In this document: one piece after another, positions 28,958 through 39,949 of the stretch | Layout of the letters: each line of letters begins with the position of its first letter | Position numbering within the stretch: position 1 is the first letter of the stretch | Source of the DNA: Dehalococcoidia bacterium | Lineage (GTDB): Bacteria; Chloroflexota; Dehalococcoidia; Bin125 | DNA: 64,000 nt | Direction of reading: 5' to 3' | Assembly: GCA_965215555.1 (NCBI GenBank) | Contig: OZ244071.1 | Span: 1,038,471 to 1,102,470, forward strand | Notes under the pieces: generated by a model | Seen by the model: only the letters and a program-made list of their open reading frames with translations | What the model was told of the DNA's origin: nothing | The model's database searches: none | Translations under genes and position numbers: made by a program

Positions 28958-31900
28958 CTAGATCCGGCCGGCCGTATAGTCGGGCAGCGGTGCGATGTTG
29001 TAGTCCGCGCCACCTTCAAGCATCGCGCCGACGGCATGATGCGCCGTATCGATGGATGTGAAGCAGGGGATCCGTTGCTCGGCGGCCGCGCGACGGATAT
29101 GGAACCCATCGCGGATGTTGCTGCTGATCTGCTCGGGCGTGTTGATCACCATGTCGATTTGTCCTGAGCGAATCAGGTCAATCACGTCAGGATCGCCGCC
29201 GACTTCGCGCTTGGGAGCGTCGTGGACCTCATACCCGAGACCACGAATCAGGTTCGCCGTGCCGATTGTGGCATGGAACTCGTAGCCCGCTTCGCCCAAC
29301 TCGCGAATCAACGAGAGGGCGGCTGGCTTGTCCTGGTCGGCGATGCTAAGCAACGCTTTGCCCTTGGCCGGGACAGCCATACCGGCCGCGATCAACGCCT
29401 TGCTCAGCGCCTTGTCGTAGTCGATATCGACGCCCATCACTTCGCCGGTCGACTTCATCTCCGGCCCCAGGTGCGTGTCCACACCAGACAGCTTCGACAT
29501 CGAGAAGACCGGCGCCTTGACTGCAACCAGCGGTGTCGCTGGCCAGAGTCCGCCGGGATAGCCCTGTTCGGCCAACGTCTCGCCCAGCATGGCACGCACG
29601 GCGACTTCGACCATCGGCACGCCGGTGATTTTGCTCAGGAAGGGCACGGTGCGACTGGCGCGCGGATTGACCTCGAGGACGAACACGTCGCCGTCATGAT
29701 CATCCGACTCGCGCATGATCACGTACTGGATATTCATCAGACCGGCCACGCCGAGTCCGATGCCGATCTCGCGGGTGTAATCGATGATCTTCGCGACCTC
29801 ACTCGCACGGAGATTCGGCGCCGGATAGACGGCCATCGAGTCGCCCGAATGCACGCCGGCGCGTTCGATGTGCTCCATGATTCCCGGAATCAACACAGCA
29901 TCGTCACCGGGACCACCACAGATCGCATCAACTTCAACCTCAATCCCAGCCAGGTACTTGTCAATCAAGATCGGCTTGCCGGGCGCGGCGGCCTGTGCCT
30001 GCACCACGTAGCGAGCCAAGTCCCCGACACCCTGCACGATCTCCATCGCGCGTCCGCCGAGGACGTATGACGGCCGCACCAGCACCGGATAACCAATCGC
30101 ATCGGCAGCAAGCACAGCCTCATCGACATTGCTGACCGCCGTGCCCGGAGGTTGGGGAATCCCGAGGTCGGCGAGAAATCGTTCGAATCGCCGACGGTCT
30201 TCGGCCAGATCGATGACATCAGCGGAAGAGCCAAGAATCGGACGCGCAGCGCTGGTCAGCGGGCCGGCGAGATTGATCGCTGTCTGTCCACCGAACTGAA
30301 GGATCGATGAGACTCCGCCGTTGCCGTTCTGTGAACCGTCCTCGTTCTCAAGGATGTCGCGGACGGCCTCTTCGTCGAGCGGTTCAAAATACAGGCGATC
30401 TGAAGTATCAAAGTCGGTCGAGACAGTCTCGGGATTGCTATTCGCCATCACCGCGCCCCAACCGGCAGCGCGCAGCGCTTGCGCGGCTTTGACAGACGCG
30501 TAGTCAAACTCGATGCCTTGACCGATACGGATCGGGCCCGACCCAACGACGAGCGCGCGATTGCCTTGCTGCGGCTCGGCTTCGTTCTCGTCTTCATAGG
30601 TCGAGTAGAAGTAGGGAGTCACCGCGTCGAACTCGGCCGCGCAAGTGTCGACCATCTTGTAGACGGGTTTGATGCCCCATTCAACACGTTGCTCCCGGAT
30701 GCGTTCATCGACGCTGCCAGCCAGGTTGGCGATCTGCTCATCGGCAAAGCCCATCCGCTTGGCGCGACGCATCAACGTTGGCGTCAGCGGTTCCGCGAGC
30801 AAGCGACGCTCCATCTGCACGATGGTCTCGAGCCGTTCCAGAAACCAGGGATCAACGCCTGAGCGTTGGGCGATCTCGGACAGAGGCACATCCGACCGCA
30901 CCGCGGCGAGCAGGTGCCAGAGGCGAATGTCGGTCGGAGTCTCTGCGGCCTTGACCGGCTCATCCTCAGCCTCTGAGTCCTCCCACAGGACAGACTTACC
31001 GCCAACTTCCAGCGAGCGGATCGCTTTCTGGAGCGCAGCCTCGAAGGAACGGTCGATCGCCATCACCTCGCCCGTGGCTTTCATCTGCGTGCCGAGCACG
31101 CGGTCGCCGGCCTCGAACTTGTCAAACGGCCAGCGCGGGATCTTGACGACGCAATAGTCAAGCGCCGGCTCGAATGCTGCCTGCGTCCGACCGGTGACCT
31201 GGTTGGCGATCTCGTCCAGGCGTTTGCCGGCGGCGATCTTCGCGGCCACGCGAGCGATTGGATAGCCGGTCGCCTTCGACGCCAGTGCTGAAGACCGGCT
31301 GACGCGCGGGTTCACCTCGATCACGTAGTACGGCAAGGGTTCGTCGTGCGGGATGCCAACGCCTCCGCCCTCGCGCATCGACTCCGGTGGCCAGGGAACC
31401 ACATCCTGTCGCGGCGCCAGCGCGAGCTGGACGTTGCAGCCGCCCTCAATGCCCAGCGAACGAATGATGTTCAGCGAGGCCGAGCGCAGCATCTGATAGT
31501 CCTTGTCGGACAGCGTCTGCGACGGAGCCACCACGATCGAATCGCCCGTGTGGACGCCCATCGGATCGAGATTTTCCATGTTGCAGATCGTGATGCAGGT
31601 GTCCGCTCCATCGCGCATCACTTCGTACTCGACTTCTTTCCAGCCGAGCAGTGAGCGTTCGATCAGAATCTGCGTGATCGGCGACGCGTCCAGTCCGGTC
31701 TGCACGACGCGCTCAAACTCGTCCATCGTCCGGACAAACCCACCGCCGGTACCGCCGAGCGTGTATGCGGGGCGGATCGCGACTGGCAGTCCGATTTCTT
31801 CCAACGCCTCGCGAGCTTCGTCGACCGTCGTGACGACTGCCGATGGAGGCGTCGGCTCACCGATATCGCGCATGGCCTGGCGAAACAGTTCGCGATCCTC

Positions 31901-32275
31901 GGCGCGGCGAATCGCGTCCAACGGCGTGCCGAGCAGTCGGACGTTGAATTCTTCCAGCACGCCGGCTTCATGCAGATCGACAGCGAGATTCAGGCCGACC
32001 TGTCCGCCGAGCGTGGGCAGTAGACCTTCGGGACGCTCTTTCTCGATGATGCGCCTGAGCACCGGAACGGTTAGCGGCTCGATGTAGACCTCGTCAGCGA
32101 CGCCCTCATCGGTCATGATTGTGGCCGGGTTGGAATTGACCAGAATCGAGCGCACGCCCTCTTCGGTCATGGCTTTGCATGCCTGCGTGCCGGCGTAGTC
32201 GAATTCGGCCGCCTGGCCGATCACGATCGGGCCGCTGCCAATGATCAGGACGGATTCAGGCTTCTTCACGTTCAC
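28958..32275 (-). CDS. carB: Carbamoyl-phosphate synthase large subunit
   Basis: 1105 aa; [29 protein letters not shown] and duplicated ATP-grasp halves. Confidence 0.95.
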   Translation of the reverse strand: MNVKKPESVLIIGSGPIVIGQAAEFDYAGTQACKAMTEEGVRSILVNSNPATIMTDEGVADEVYIEPLTVPVLRRIIEKERPEGLLPTLGGQVGLNLAVDLHEAGVLEEFNVRLLGTPLDAIRRAEDRELFRQAMRDIGEPTPPSAVVTTVDEAREALEEIGLPVAIRPAYTLGGTGGGFVRTMDEFERVVQTGLDASPITQILIERSLLGWKEVEYEVMRDGADTCITICNMENLDPMGVHTGDSIVVAPSQTLSDKDYQMLRSASLNIIRSLGIEGGCNVQLALAPRQDVVPWPPESMREGGGVGIPHDEPLPYYVIEVNPRVSRSSALASKATGYPIARVAAKIAAGKRLDEIANQVTGRTQAAFEPALDYCVVKIPRWPFDKFEAGDRVLGTQMKATGEVMAIDRSFEAALQKAIRSLEVGGKSVLWEDSEAEDEPVKAAETPTDIRLWHLLAAVRSDVPLSEIAQRSGVDPWFLERLETIVQMERRLLAEPLTPTLMRRAKRMGFADEQIANLAGSVDERIREQRVEWGIKPVYKMVDTCAAEFDAVTPYFYSTYEDENEAEPQQGNRALVVGSGPIRIGQGIEFDYASVKAAQALRAAGWGAVMANSNPETVSTDFDTSDRLYFEPLDEEAVRDILENEDGSQNGNGGVSSILQFGGQTAINLAGPLTSAARPILGSSADVIDLAEDRRRFERFLADLGIPQPPGTAVSNVDEAVLAADAIGYPVLVRPSYVLGGRAMEIVQGVGDLARYVVQAQAAAPGKPILIDKYLAGIEVEVDAICGGPGDDAVLIPGIMEHIERAGVHSGDSMAVYPAPNLRASEVAKIIDYTREIGIGLGVAGLMNIQYVIMRESDDHDGDVFVLEVNPRASRTVPFLSKITGVPMVEVAVRAMLGETLAEQGYPGGLWPATPLVAVKAPVFSMSKLSGVDTHLGPEMKSTGEVMGVDIDYDKALSKALIAAGMAVPAKGKALLSIADQDKPAALSLIRELGEAGYEFHATIGTANLIRGLGYEVHDAPKREVGGDPDVIDLIRSGQIDMVINTPEQISSNIRDGFHIRRAAAEQRIPCFTSIDTAHHAVGAMLEGGADYNIAPLPDYTAGRI

Positions 32276-32510
32276 CGCATCCCTGTGTTTCGGCCAACTC
32301 TGGTGATTCTGCTACGGCCGGCCGACCTGCGGCGCGCCCAATCAGTCCGAGTCCAAGCCCGAACGGCAGCAGCACGAACGGTCCCAGCAGCCACAACTCG
32401 CATTGACCGCCGATGATGTCGAAGATGCAGCACATCGCGAGCGTCAGGCTCGTGATGCCGGCAATTCCGCAGAGAGCAGCGCCGACGAACATCCAGCCTC
32501 GAAGCGTCAA
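32256..32510 (-). CDS. Small hydrophobic membrane protein (2 TM), unknown function; overlaps carB 5' end by 20 nt
   Basis: 84 aa: [30 protein letters not shown]...[18 protein letters not shown]. Confidence 0.4.
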   Translation of the reverse strand: MTLRGWMFVGAALCGIAGITSLTLAMCCIFDIIGGQCELWLLGPFVLLPFGLGLGLIGRAAGRPAVAESPELAETQGCGEREEA

Positions 32511-32522
32511 ACGAAGTTCCCG

Positions 32523-33002
32523 TCACAGTGGCAACTCGAATCGTGAGTCTGGATTGATCAGCGGCGCGAGCGCTCCAATGGCGCTGAGGAATGAGAGCGC
32601 AGCTTCATTGTTGTCCGGGACCGATCCGACGACGCGCTCGAAGTGCTGCTCGCGCGCATGCGACAGCAAGTACTCCGCGAGCACGGTGCCGATTCCGCGC
32701 CGTCGCCACTCCGAACGCAGCCAGACACCCAACGTCGCCGTCTCGGGCTCGCGCGTGTTGTAGTCGAGCGAACCGAAGCCGATCAACGTGTCACCCTCCA
32801 CGGCGACGTAGATGGCACCGCTGTTGCCCAGGCGACGCCGCCACATCGAGACTTCCTCGACGCTCCAGGGTCGATCGAAAACGACCGGATTCGGCCCTTC
32901 AACGACGTCGCGGATCACGTCGGCAATGGCTGTCGCGTCGTCGGACGTGGCCAATCGATATTGAGGTTCGGCGCCGTCGCCAGGGCCCGTTGCGTGCGTC
33001 AT
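32523..33002 (-). CDS. GNAT family N-acetyltransferase
   Basis: WRRRGIGTVLAEYLL (Q/RxxGxG/A acetyl-CoA motif), 159 aa, wedged between carA and carB. Confidence 0.7.
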   Translation of the reverse strand: MTHATGPGDGAEPQYRLATSDDATAIADVIRDVVEGPNPVVFDRPWSVEEVSMWRRRLGNSGAIYVAVEGDTLIGFGSLDYNTREPETATLGVWLRSEWRRRGIGTVLAEYLLSHAREQHFERVVGSVPDNNEAALSFLSAIGALAPLINPDSRFELPL

Positions 33003-33003
33003 G

Positions 33004-34134
33004 TCAGTCTCCCTGGGCCTCGCCGATCAGGTCGAGGAATCGGTCGAAGAGGTGTCCGTTGTCCAGTGGACCCGGTGACGCCTCTGCGTGGTATTGAATC
33101 GAAAACACTGGCTCGTTGCGGTGCGCTAATCCCTCAACCGTCTGGTCGTGCAGATTGATGTGCGTCACGTCGACATCGGCCGAGAGCCCATCGGGATCGA
33201 CGGCATAGCCGTGATTCTGTGCGGTGATCGCAATCCGTCCGGTCGGCACCTCCAACACAGGATGATTGCCGCCGCGATGTCCGAACTTGAGCTTGAACGT
33301 GTCGGCGCCGAACGAGCGGCCCAACACCTGATGTCCCATGCAGATCCCCATGATCGGCAGCTTGCCGATCAACGATGTCGCGGTCTGTACCTGCAGCTCT
33401 CGCAACTGGGGATCGCCAGGGCCCGGCGAGAGCAACACGCCGTTTGGGTTGACCGAGAGGATGTCCTCGACGCCTGAGTTTGGAGGCATCGCGGTGACCT
33501 GGCAACCGCGTCGGCTCAGGTTGCGCAGGATGTTGTACTTCAACCCCTCGTCCAGAACCACGATGTGTGGCCCCGGCCCACCGTCTCCATTGACCAACGT
33601 ATGCGGCGCACCATCGCGCCAGCTATAGGGTTCGTCTGCGCCCACGCTGATGAAATCCTGCGTGTCGTAGTCGGGCAGTTGCGAGAGCTGACGTTGGGCC
33701 GACTCGACTTGGTCGACCGGGACGATCATGCCCATCATCACGCCTTCGTGACGGATCCGGCGCGTGATCGCGCGGGTATCAATTCCTGCAATGCCCGGAA
33801 TCCCCGCCGACGCCAGATAGTCATGCAGGCGCATCCCGCCGCGCGGGTGCGAGGGCGAATCGCACTCCGAACGCACAACCAGTCCGCGTACCTGGATCTG
33901 GCGCGACTCATCGATTGGCGGGTCGATGCCGTAGTTGCCGATGAGTGGGTATGTGAGCACCAGGATCTGTCCGGCGTAGGACGGATCGGTGAGCATTTCC
34001 TGGTAGCCGGTCATCGATGTGTTGAAGACGACCTCGCCCCACGTGTCGCTTGCGGCGCCGAGCGCTGTGCCGCGGAATACGGCTCCGTCAGCCAGTACCA
34101 GCGCCGCCTCGATATGTTCTGAATGTTCTGACAT
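33004..34134 (-). CDS. carA: Carbamoyl-phosphate synthase small subunit (glutamine amidotransferase)
   Basis: Start MSEHSEHIEAALVLADGAVFRG at 34134 (ATGA overlap with pyrC); GICMGHQ catalytic Cys motif. Confidence 0.9.
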   Translation of the reverse strand: MSEHSEHIEAALVLADGAVFRGTALGAASDTWGEVVFNTSMTGYQEMLTDPSYAGQILVLTYPLIGNYGIDPPIDESRQIQVRGLVVRSECDSPSHPRGGMRLHDYLASAGIPGIAGIDTRAITRRIRHEGVMMGMIVPVDQVESAQRQLSQLPDYDTQDFISVGADEPYSWRDGAPHTLVNGDGGPGPHIVVLDEGLKYNILRNLSRRGCQVTAMPPNSGVEDILSVNPNGVLLSPGPGDPQLRELQVQTATSLIGKLPIMGICMGHQVLGRSFGADTFKLKFGHRGGNHPVLEVPTGRIAITAQNHGYAVDPDGLSADVDVTHINLHDQTVEGLAHRNEPVFSIQYHAEASPGPLDNGHLFDRFLDLIGEAQGD

Positions 34135-35453
34135 CAGTGCTCCCGACCATCCCAAACAATGCGTCCCTGAGAGATCGTCGCCGCGACCACGCCGACCAGC
34201 GTGTGACCCGCGAGCGGTGTGTTCTTGCCCATCGAGGCCCATGATGCAGGCTCGACTCGCGACACTGCGTCGGTTGACAACAGCGTCACATCTGCCGGCG
34301 CGCCGACCTGCAACGTGCCCAGTCCGGCCAGATCGCCGCGATCGAGGTTCCAGGCGCGCACCGGACCAATGGCCAGTCGCTCAATCGCCTCAGACAGCGT
34401 CAAGCGTCCGGAGTCGACCAGCGAGTTCACAACTCCCCAGGCCGATTCGAGTGCCGAGATGCCGAACGAGGCGGCGTCGAACTCACATTGCTTATCGACC
34501 ACAGCGTGAGGGGCGTGGTCGGTGGCCACAGCGTCGACAACGCCCGCGGCCAGCGCGTCGATGCATGCCTGCACATCAGCTTCAGTTCGCAGCGGTGGAT
34601 TGACCTTTGCGTTGGTGTCGTACAAGAGATCGTCGCCAGCGCCTGCGACCGCGTCATGTGTCAGACAGAGATGATGCGGCGTCACCTCGGCGGTCACGTG
34701 AATGCCGCGCGCCCTGGCATCCGCGACGGCGTTCAGCGCCGGCTCGGTCGAGAGATGGCAGCAATGCAGTTGAGCGCCCGCCGCTTCGGCCAAGGCGATA
34801 TCGCGTTGGACGATCGACAACTCCGCCGCCGCTGGTTGTCCGCGCAGCCCGAGCCGCGCCGAAACAACGCCATCGTGCATCACGCCGCCCTGCGAAATCG
34901 CCGGATCCTCGCAATGCTCGGCCAGTGGAATGCCGATGTCCGACAAATACTCAAACGCGCGCCGAGCCAGCGATGTGTCCGCCACAGCATCGCCGTCGTC
35001 CGAGACGGCGACAGCGCCGGCATCGCGCAAAGCCGCCAACTCGGTCAACTCGTGACCCAGGCGTCCCTTACTGACAGCCCCAATCGGCAGCACCCGGCAG
35101 TCAACATCGCGGGCGCGTTGCAGGACGCCATCGATGATCGCCGCTGAATCCATCGCCGGATCGGTGTTCGGCATCGCGCAGATTGTGGTGAAGCCGCCAC
35201 GCGCCGCTGCTCGTGCGCCCGAAGCGATTGTTTCCTTGTGTTCCTGTCCCGGCTCCCGCAGATGCGTGTGCAGATCGACAAATCCCGGCGACACGACCAG
35301 GCCGCTCGCCTCCACCACTTCCACACCATCCGTTTGCGGTAGCTGCGCGCCGACTTCAGCGATTCGGCCATCGGCGATCCGTACATCCAGGATCTCATCA
35401 ATATCCGACTTCGGATCGACCACTCTGCCGTTACGAATCAGAAGCGATGTCAT
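34134..35453 (-). CDS. pyrC: Dihydroorotase
   Basis: GFVDLHTHLREPG metal-binding motif; 439 aa. Confidence 0.85.
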   Translation of the reverse strand: MTSLLIRNGRVVDPKSDIDEILDVRIADGRIAEVGAQLPQTDGVEVVEASGLVVSPGFVDLHTHLREPGQEHKETIASGARAAARGGFTTICAMPNTDPAMDSAAIIDGVLQRARDVDCRVLPIGAVSKGRLGHELTELAALRDAGAVAVSDDGDAVADTSLARRAFEYLSDIGIPLAEHCEDPAISQGGVMHDGVVSARLGLRGQPAAAELSIVQRDIALAEAAGAQLHCCHLSTEPALNAVADARARGIHVTAEVTPHHLCLTHDAVAGAGDDLLYDTNAKVNPPLRTEADVQACIDALAAGVVDAVATDHAPHAVVDKQCEFDAASFGISALESAWGVVNSLVDSGRLTLSEAIERLAIGPVRAWNLDRGDLAGLGTLQVGAPADVTLLSTDAVSRVEPASWASMGKNTPLAGHTLVGVVAATISQGRIVWDGREH

Positions 35454-36508
35454 GCGCCGCCTCGAATCAATAGGAACAACACGGCCATCCGCACCGCCAG
35501 TCCGGCCGAGACCTGTGCCTCAATCCGGCTCTGTGCTCCATGCGCCACGTCAACGGCGATTTCCACGCCCTCGTTCATCGGTCCGGGGTGCATGACGATG
35601 GCGTCGGGCGACGCGTTCGCGATCCGCTCTGCCGTCAGTTGATAGCGACGGGCATACTCAGCCGATGAGGGCAACAGCTTTCCCTGTAGGCGTTCATTCT
35701 GAATCCGCAACGCCATCACCGCGTCGGCGCCGACGATTGCCCGGTCGAGGTCCGATTCAATCTGAACCGCGGGCAACGACAGCGAATGCTCACGCTCAGT
35801 TGCGCCTGACGCGAGCGCGGCAGGGAGCAGTGGACGAGGGGCCACCAGGGTGATCTCAGCACCCAGCGTCGACAGAGACCACAGATTCGATCGCGCCACG
35901 CGTGAGTGGAGTATGTCGCCGACAATCACGACCTTGCGGCCGGCGAGATCGCCAAACTCCTGCAGCAGGATGTAGGCGTCAAGCAATGCCTGCGTGGGAT
36001 GCGCATGCTGACCGTCGCCGGCGTTGATGATGTGACCGTCGATCGTGCGCGACGCCAACCAGGGCGCGCCCGAGGCGTGGTGTCGCATCACGACCGCGTC
36101 TGCGCCAACGGCCGAGAGCGTGTTCAGCGTCTCGACCAGTGATTCGCCTTTCTCGACGGAGGATCCTGAACCGGAAACATTGATCACGTCAGCGCCGAGA
36201 ATCTTGCCCGCCAGCTCGAAGGAGGATCGCGTCCGCGTCGATGCTTCGTAGAACAGATTGAATATGGTCACACCGCGCAGCGCCGGAGTACGTGCGACCG
36301 ACCGGTCCAGCACCTCGGCCATCGCGCTGGCCGTCGATAACACGCGCAGAATCTCATCCTTGGACAAGGTGTCGACGTCCAGCAGATGTCGTTGCCGCCA
36401 GTCGGTGACCGGCTCGTCAAACGGCGCTCGCGACGGCTGAGCGATCCGCTCGGTCGCATCGGTTGCAGTAGGTGGCATCGCCGTTTCAGTGGCTTGTTCA
36501 GCGACCAC
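35450..36508 (-). CDS. pyrB: Aspartate carbamoyltransferase catalytic subunit
   Basis: STRTR carbamoyl-phosphate motif, HPTQ, HPGP; alternative start M11 at 36478. Confidence 0.9.
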   Translation of the reverse strand: MVAEQATETAMPPTATDATERIAQPSRAPFDEPVTDWRQRHLLDVDTLSKDEILRVLSTASAMAEVLDRSVARTPALRGVTIFNLFYEASTRTRSSFELAGKILGADVINVSGSGSSVEKGESLVETLNTLSAVGADAVVMRHHASGAPWLASRTIDGHIINAGDGQHAHPTQALLDAYILLQEFGDLAGRKVVIVGDILHSRVARSNLWSLSTLGAEITLVAPRPLLPAALASGATEREHSLSLPAVQIESDLDRAIVGADAVMALRIQNERLQGKLLPSSAEYARRYQLTAERIANASPDAIVMHPGPMNEGVEIAVDVAHGAQSRIEAQVSAGLAVRMAVLFLLIRGGA

Positions 36509-37040
36509 GCGACATCCTCTCTTCGTATACGCCGACGCAATCCTGCCCGTCCGATTCCAGCAGCGACACGCGTACGTCGTCGCCGCGTTGCGTGGGAATG
36601 TTCTTGCCGACGTAGTCGGCTCGGATCGGCAGTTCGCGGTGGCCGCGATCGATCAGGACCGCCAGTTCAATCGCCGCCGGGCGACCGTAGTGAATCAGCG
36701 CGTCCAGCGCTGCCCGAATCGAGCGTCCGGTGAACAGCACATCGTCGACCAGCACGATCACTGCGCCGTCGATGTCTTCTGGGATTCTCGACGGCTGCAT
36801 ACGGGCATGCGGCCGTTGTGCCAGGTCGTCCCGATACAGAGAGATGTCAATCGCGCCAACCGGAACGCGTCGCTTGTCGATGCCTTCGATCCGCAAGGCC
36901 AACCGTTCGGCCAGTGGGACACCGCGCGTTCTCATCCCGACCAGCATGAGCGGTTCAGGGTCGGGGTGTCGCTCGACAATCTCGTGCGCGATTCGTGTGA
37001 TGGCGCGGTCCATCGCCGCAGCCTCCATGGAGGTCATCAT
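36498..37040 (-). CDS. pyrR: Bifunctional pyrimidine operon regulator / uracil phosphoribosyltransferase PyrR
   Basis: [24 protein letters not shown]-binding motif, 180 aa. Confidence 0.9.
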   Translation of the reverse strand: MMTSMEAAAMDRAITRIAHEIVERHPDPEPLMLVGMRTRGVPLAERLALRIEGIDKRRVPVGAIDISLYRDDLAQRPHARMQPSRIPEDIDGAVIVLVDDVLFTGRSIRAALDALIHYGRPAAIELAVLIDRGHRELPIRADYVGKNIPTQRGDDVRVSLLESDGQDCVGVYEERMSRGR

Positions 37041-37087
37041 GATCTGACCTCGACAGGGCGCACTGCTCGGAAGGACGCACGGGAAGA

Positions 37088-37113
37088 CGAAAAAACCAGC
37101 GACAAGCGCTGGT
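37088..37113 (-). terminator. pyr-leader attenuator: intrinsic terminator hairpin (ccagcg-cttgt-cgctgg) followed by a U6 run, upstream of pyrR
   Basis: Seen on the minus-strand RNA: accagcgcuugucgcugguuuuuu. Confidence 0.7.
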
Positions 37114-37177
37114 TGTGCGGCTGGTACACGTGTACGTCAGGGGTAGGAAGCAGATACTTCAGATACATCTCGTTGAC

Positions 37178-37205
37178 CTTCCCGGCCTCACGGGACCGGA
37201 TTAAA
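37178..37205 (-). promoter_or_regulatory. PyrR-binding loop (anti-antiterminator) in the pyr leader
   Basis: Minus-strand RNA UUUAAUCCGGUCCCGUGAGGCCGGGAAGG matches the conserved UUUAA...GUCCNGNGAGGCNGGGA PyrR box of Bacillus and mycobacterial pyr leaders. Confidence 0.65.
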
Positions 37206-37329
37206 GTCCAACTGCTGTTCCGAAGAGCTTACATCGCACGACCAGAGATCGCTGTGTATCGCGACACCGTGTGCAACGTGTGGATCCTGCCGTTCCCTGC
37301 CCCTCCCTTGCCGGGCAGATGCCGTAGGC

Positions 37330-37533
37330 CTAGACCGACTCTCCGGCCCGGCGCTGCATGTCCGGGGGCAGGAGGTTGGGGATTCCGTCCTCGATCGGAT
37401 AGCGGAAGTTGATCCGCTCCGAAACCAACGCCCCCTCCAACACGTCGCCGTTCTCGTCCTCCTGCGCGATCTCCAGCTTCAGCGGATCGCGCGTCACCGG
37501 ACAGACCAGTTGCTCGACCAGTTCCCGTCTCAT
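37330..37533 (-). CDS. Trm112-family (UPF0434) small protein
   Basis: MRRELVEQLVCPVTRDPLKLE...YPIEDGIPNLL; start chosen at 37533. Confidence 0.6.
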   Translation of the reverse strand: MRRELVEQLVCPVTRDPLKLEIAQEDENGDVLEGALVSERINFRYPIEDGIPNLLPPDMQRRAGESV

Positions 37534-37683
37534 GGTTCTTCTCGCGTTCTCGTCGTGCTCGAAGTTCTTACCTGATGCATATACCGAGCGCTGCGGCCAT
37601 ACTGCAATACTGTACGCCAGCACGAACTGATTTCGGCAGCGCGCGCTACTGAGCCAGAGACGAAGAGAGCGGAGAAGACAACC

Positions 37684-37899
37684 ATGGCCGATGTGAAGTC
37701 GCCGATGGCCGGCACCATTTTCGAGCTGATCGCCGCAGTCGGCGACGCCGTTGAAGAGGGCGACGAGCTCGTCATCCTCGAGTCAATGAAGATGGAAATA
37801 CCGGTCGAAGCGCCCAGCGACGGCAAGGTTGCCGAAATCCACATCGCCCAGGGCGACCAGGTCCAGGAAGGCGATGTGCTGGTCACGCTGAGCGACTAG
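37684..37899 (+). CDS. Biotin carboxyl carrier protein (biotinyl domain only)
   Basis: 71 aa with ESMKME biotinylation motif. Confidence 0.8.
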   Translation: MADVKSPMAGTIFELIAAVGDAVEEGDELVILESMKMEIPVEAPSDGKVAEIHIAQGDQVQEGDVLVTLSD

Positions 37900-37915
37900 T
37901 TCAACAAACGTAACC

Positions 37916-39268
37916 ATGTTTCAACGTGTTCTGATCGCCAATCGCGGCGAGATCGCCGCTCGTGTGTCTCGCACCTGCCGACGGCTCGGCATCGAGTCGC
38001 ACGCCGTGTACTCCGTCGCCGACGCTGACGCCTTGCATGTCCGTGAGGCGGACGGCGCGACGCACATTGGCGCCGCCCCGGTCGCTGAGTCGTACATCAA
38101 CGTCGACGCCGTGCTCGACGCTGCAGTCGAGGCTGGCTGCGACGCCGTCCATCCCGGCTACGGTCTGCTCTCCGAGAACGGCCACTTCGCCCAGGCCTGC
38201 GATGAACGCGGGATCACCTTCATCGGTCCCGCAGCAGCGCACATGGAGTTGATGGGCAACAAGAACCAGGCCCGTGCAACGATGCGCGACCTGGGCATGC
38301 CGGTGATTCCCGGTTCGGCCGCGACCGTTGCCGATGAGGATGCTGAAGCGGTCGCCGAAGAGGTTGGCTATCCGCTGCTGATCAAAGCCTCATACGGCGG
38401 CGGCGGGATTGGCATGGCGACCGTCAAGCGACCCAATCAGTTCTCTCGATCCCTCCGCCGCGCACGCTCATCCGCTCAACGCGCGTTCGGCTCCGACGAG
38501 GTCTATCTCGAACGACTGTTGGTCGAACCGCATCACATCGAGCTCCAGGTCTTCGGCGACGGCCAGGGCAACGCCGCGATCCTTGGCGACCGCGAATGCA
38601 GCGTCCAACGCCGACACCAGAAAGTGATCGAAGAGGCGCCGGCGCCTGCCCCACACCTGACCAGCGATCTGCGTGAACGGCTCTACAGCCAGGTCCGCGA
38701 TGCGGTCGCGGGACTGAACTATCAGAATGCCGGGACCGTCGAGTGCTTGCTGGACGCCTCAGGCGAGATCTTCTTCCTCGAAATGAACACCCGACTCCAG
38801 GTCGAGCATCCCGTCACCGAGATGGTCACCGGACTCGACCTCGTCGAGTGGCAACTACGCATCGCTGCTGGTGAGCCACTGACGGAACTGCCTGGCTACG
38901 GAGACCCGCCGCCAATCTCAGGGCACGCCATCGAGACGCGCATCTACGCCGAGGATCCCGAAACCTTGCTGCCCAGCCCCGGCTCGATCGACGTACTCGA
39001 AGTGCCGGACGAACCGTGGCTACGCCTCGACGCCGGCGTCGCCTCGGGCGACGAAGTCTCGCACTTCTACGACCCGCTGATGGCCAAGCTGATCGTCTAT
39101 GGCGACGACCGTCCGCAAGCACTCGATCGGCTGCGCCAGGCACTGGACGGCTCACGTATCGAGGGCCTCAAACACAACATTCCCTTCCTCCAGAGAGTCC
39201 TCGACGCTCAGCCCTTCATCGACGGCAACTACGACGTCACCCTGACCGACGGGCTGCTCAAGTCGTAG
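37916..39268 (+). CDS. Biotin carboxylase (acetyl/acyl-CoA carboxylase BC subunit)
   Basis: MFQRVLIANRGEIAARV..., ATP-grasp blocks, 450 aa. Confidence 0.9.
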   Translation: MFQRVLIANRGEIAARVSRTCRRLGIESHAVYSVADADALHVREADGATHIGAAPVAESYINVDAVLDAAVEAGCDAVHPGYGLLSENGHFAQACDERGITFIGPAAAHMELMGNKNQARATMRDLGMPVIPGSAATVADEDAEAVAEEVGYPLLIKASYGGGGIGMATVKRPNQFSRSLRRARSSAQRAFGSDEVYLERLLVEPHHIELQVFGDGQGNAAILGDRECSVQRRHQKVIEEAPAPAPHLTSDLRERLYSQVRDAVAGLNYQNAGTVECLLDASGEIFFLEMNTRLQVEHPVTEMVTGLDLVEWQLRIAAGEPLTELPGYGDPPPISGHAIETRIYAEDPETLLPSPGSIDVLEVPDEPWLRLDAGVASGDEVSHFYDPLMAKLIVYGDDRPQALDRLRQALDGSRIEGLKHNIPFLQRVLDAQPFIDGNYDVTLTDGLLKS

Positions 39269-39317
39269 GGGCATCCCGGCAGCAAGCCGAGATGCCCCCA
39301 GCGTCGCCCGGCCGAGT

Positions 39318-39884
39318 CTATTCGCAGACCGTTACCGTGCCAGCAGGCACATGTCCGTACACCGTGAAGTAGACCTCTCCTCGCCAGTCGCGTTTCTCTT
39401 CGACCACGCCCCATTCGTAGACCGTTTCCGTCGTGCAGTCGGGTATGTCATTCTCGATCTGCGCGTCGTAGGTCACGTGCGTGTTTGTGCTCGGTGAGAA
39501 CGGATCTACGGTCACAGCCACTTCGGTTTGCGGCGAATCCGCGATGCCATCGTCCATGGAACCACGTGGAGCCCCTTCGGTGGTGTTTGCCGTTTCAGAT
39601 TGGTGTGCCGCTTCGTGGACAGACTCCATTGGATCGGGTGCGGGGCGGTCAGGATGTCGATCCACATTCGTACTCTGAGCACCTACGTGGATCGTCTCTG
39701 AGACAATGCCGCACGGAGAGCAGATCGCTCCCAGCATGACATCAGTCGCTGTAGTCCCCAAGGCGGTGACCAAAGGATCGTTAGCAGGGTCATACCGAGG
39801 CTGTGGCTCAGTGTCGCTGTAGGAGTTGTCGTCCTCAGGATCGTGCGCAACGACCGCCGAGGGAAACGCGACAGCTGAGATCAA
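39318..39884 (-). CDS. Hypothetical acidic, probably exported protein; start uncertain (TTG without SD)
   Basis: 188-aa ORF in a low-GC segment, immediately downstream of the 48-bp palindrome. Confidence 0.35.
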   Translation of the reverse strand: MISAVAFPSAVVAHDPEDDNSYSDTEPQPRYDPANDPLVTALGTTATDVMLGAICSPCGIVSETIHVGAQSTNVDRHPDRPAPDPMESVHEAAHQSETANTTEGAPRGSMDDGIADSPQTEVAVTVDPFSPSTNTHVTYDAQIENDIPDCTTETVYEWGVVEEKRDWRGEVYFTVYGHVPAGTVTVCE

Positions 39885-39888
39885 GATC

Positions 39889-39936
39889 AGAGCACTAGCA
39901 ACGCCTACGACTAGTCGTAGGCGTTGCTAGTGCTCT
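39889..39936. repeat. 48-bp perfect palindrome (agagcactagcaacgcctacgact|agtcgtaggcgttgctagtgctct)
   Basis: Seen directly. Followed by a second hairpin (gagtatggt-N14-accatactc, 39937-39968) and a third half-arm copy (39969-39990) inside the upstream gene's 3' end. Confidence 0.8.
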
Positions 39937-39949
39937 GAGTATGGTAAAA

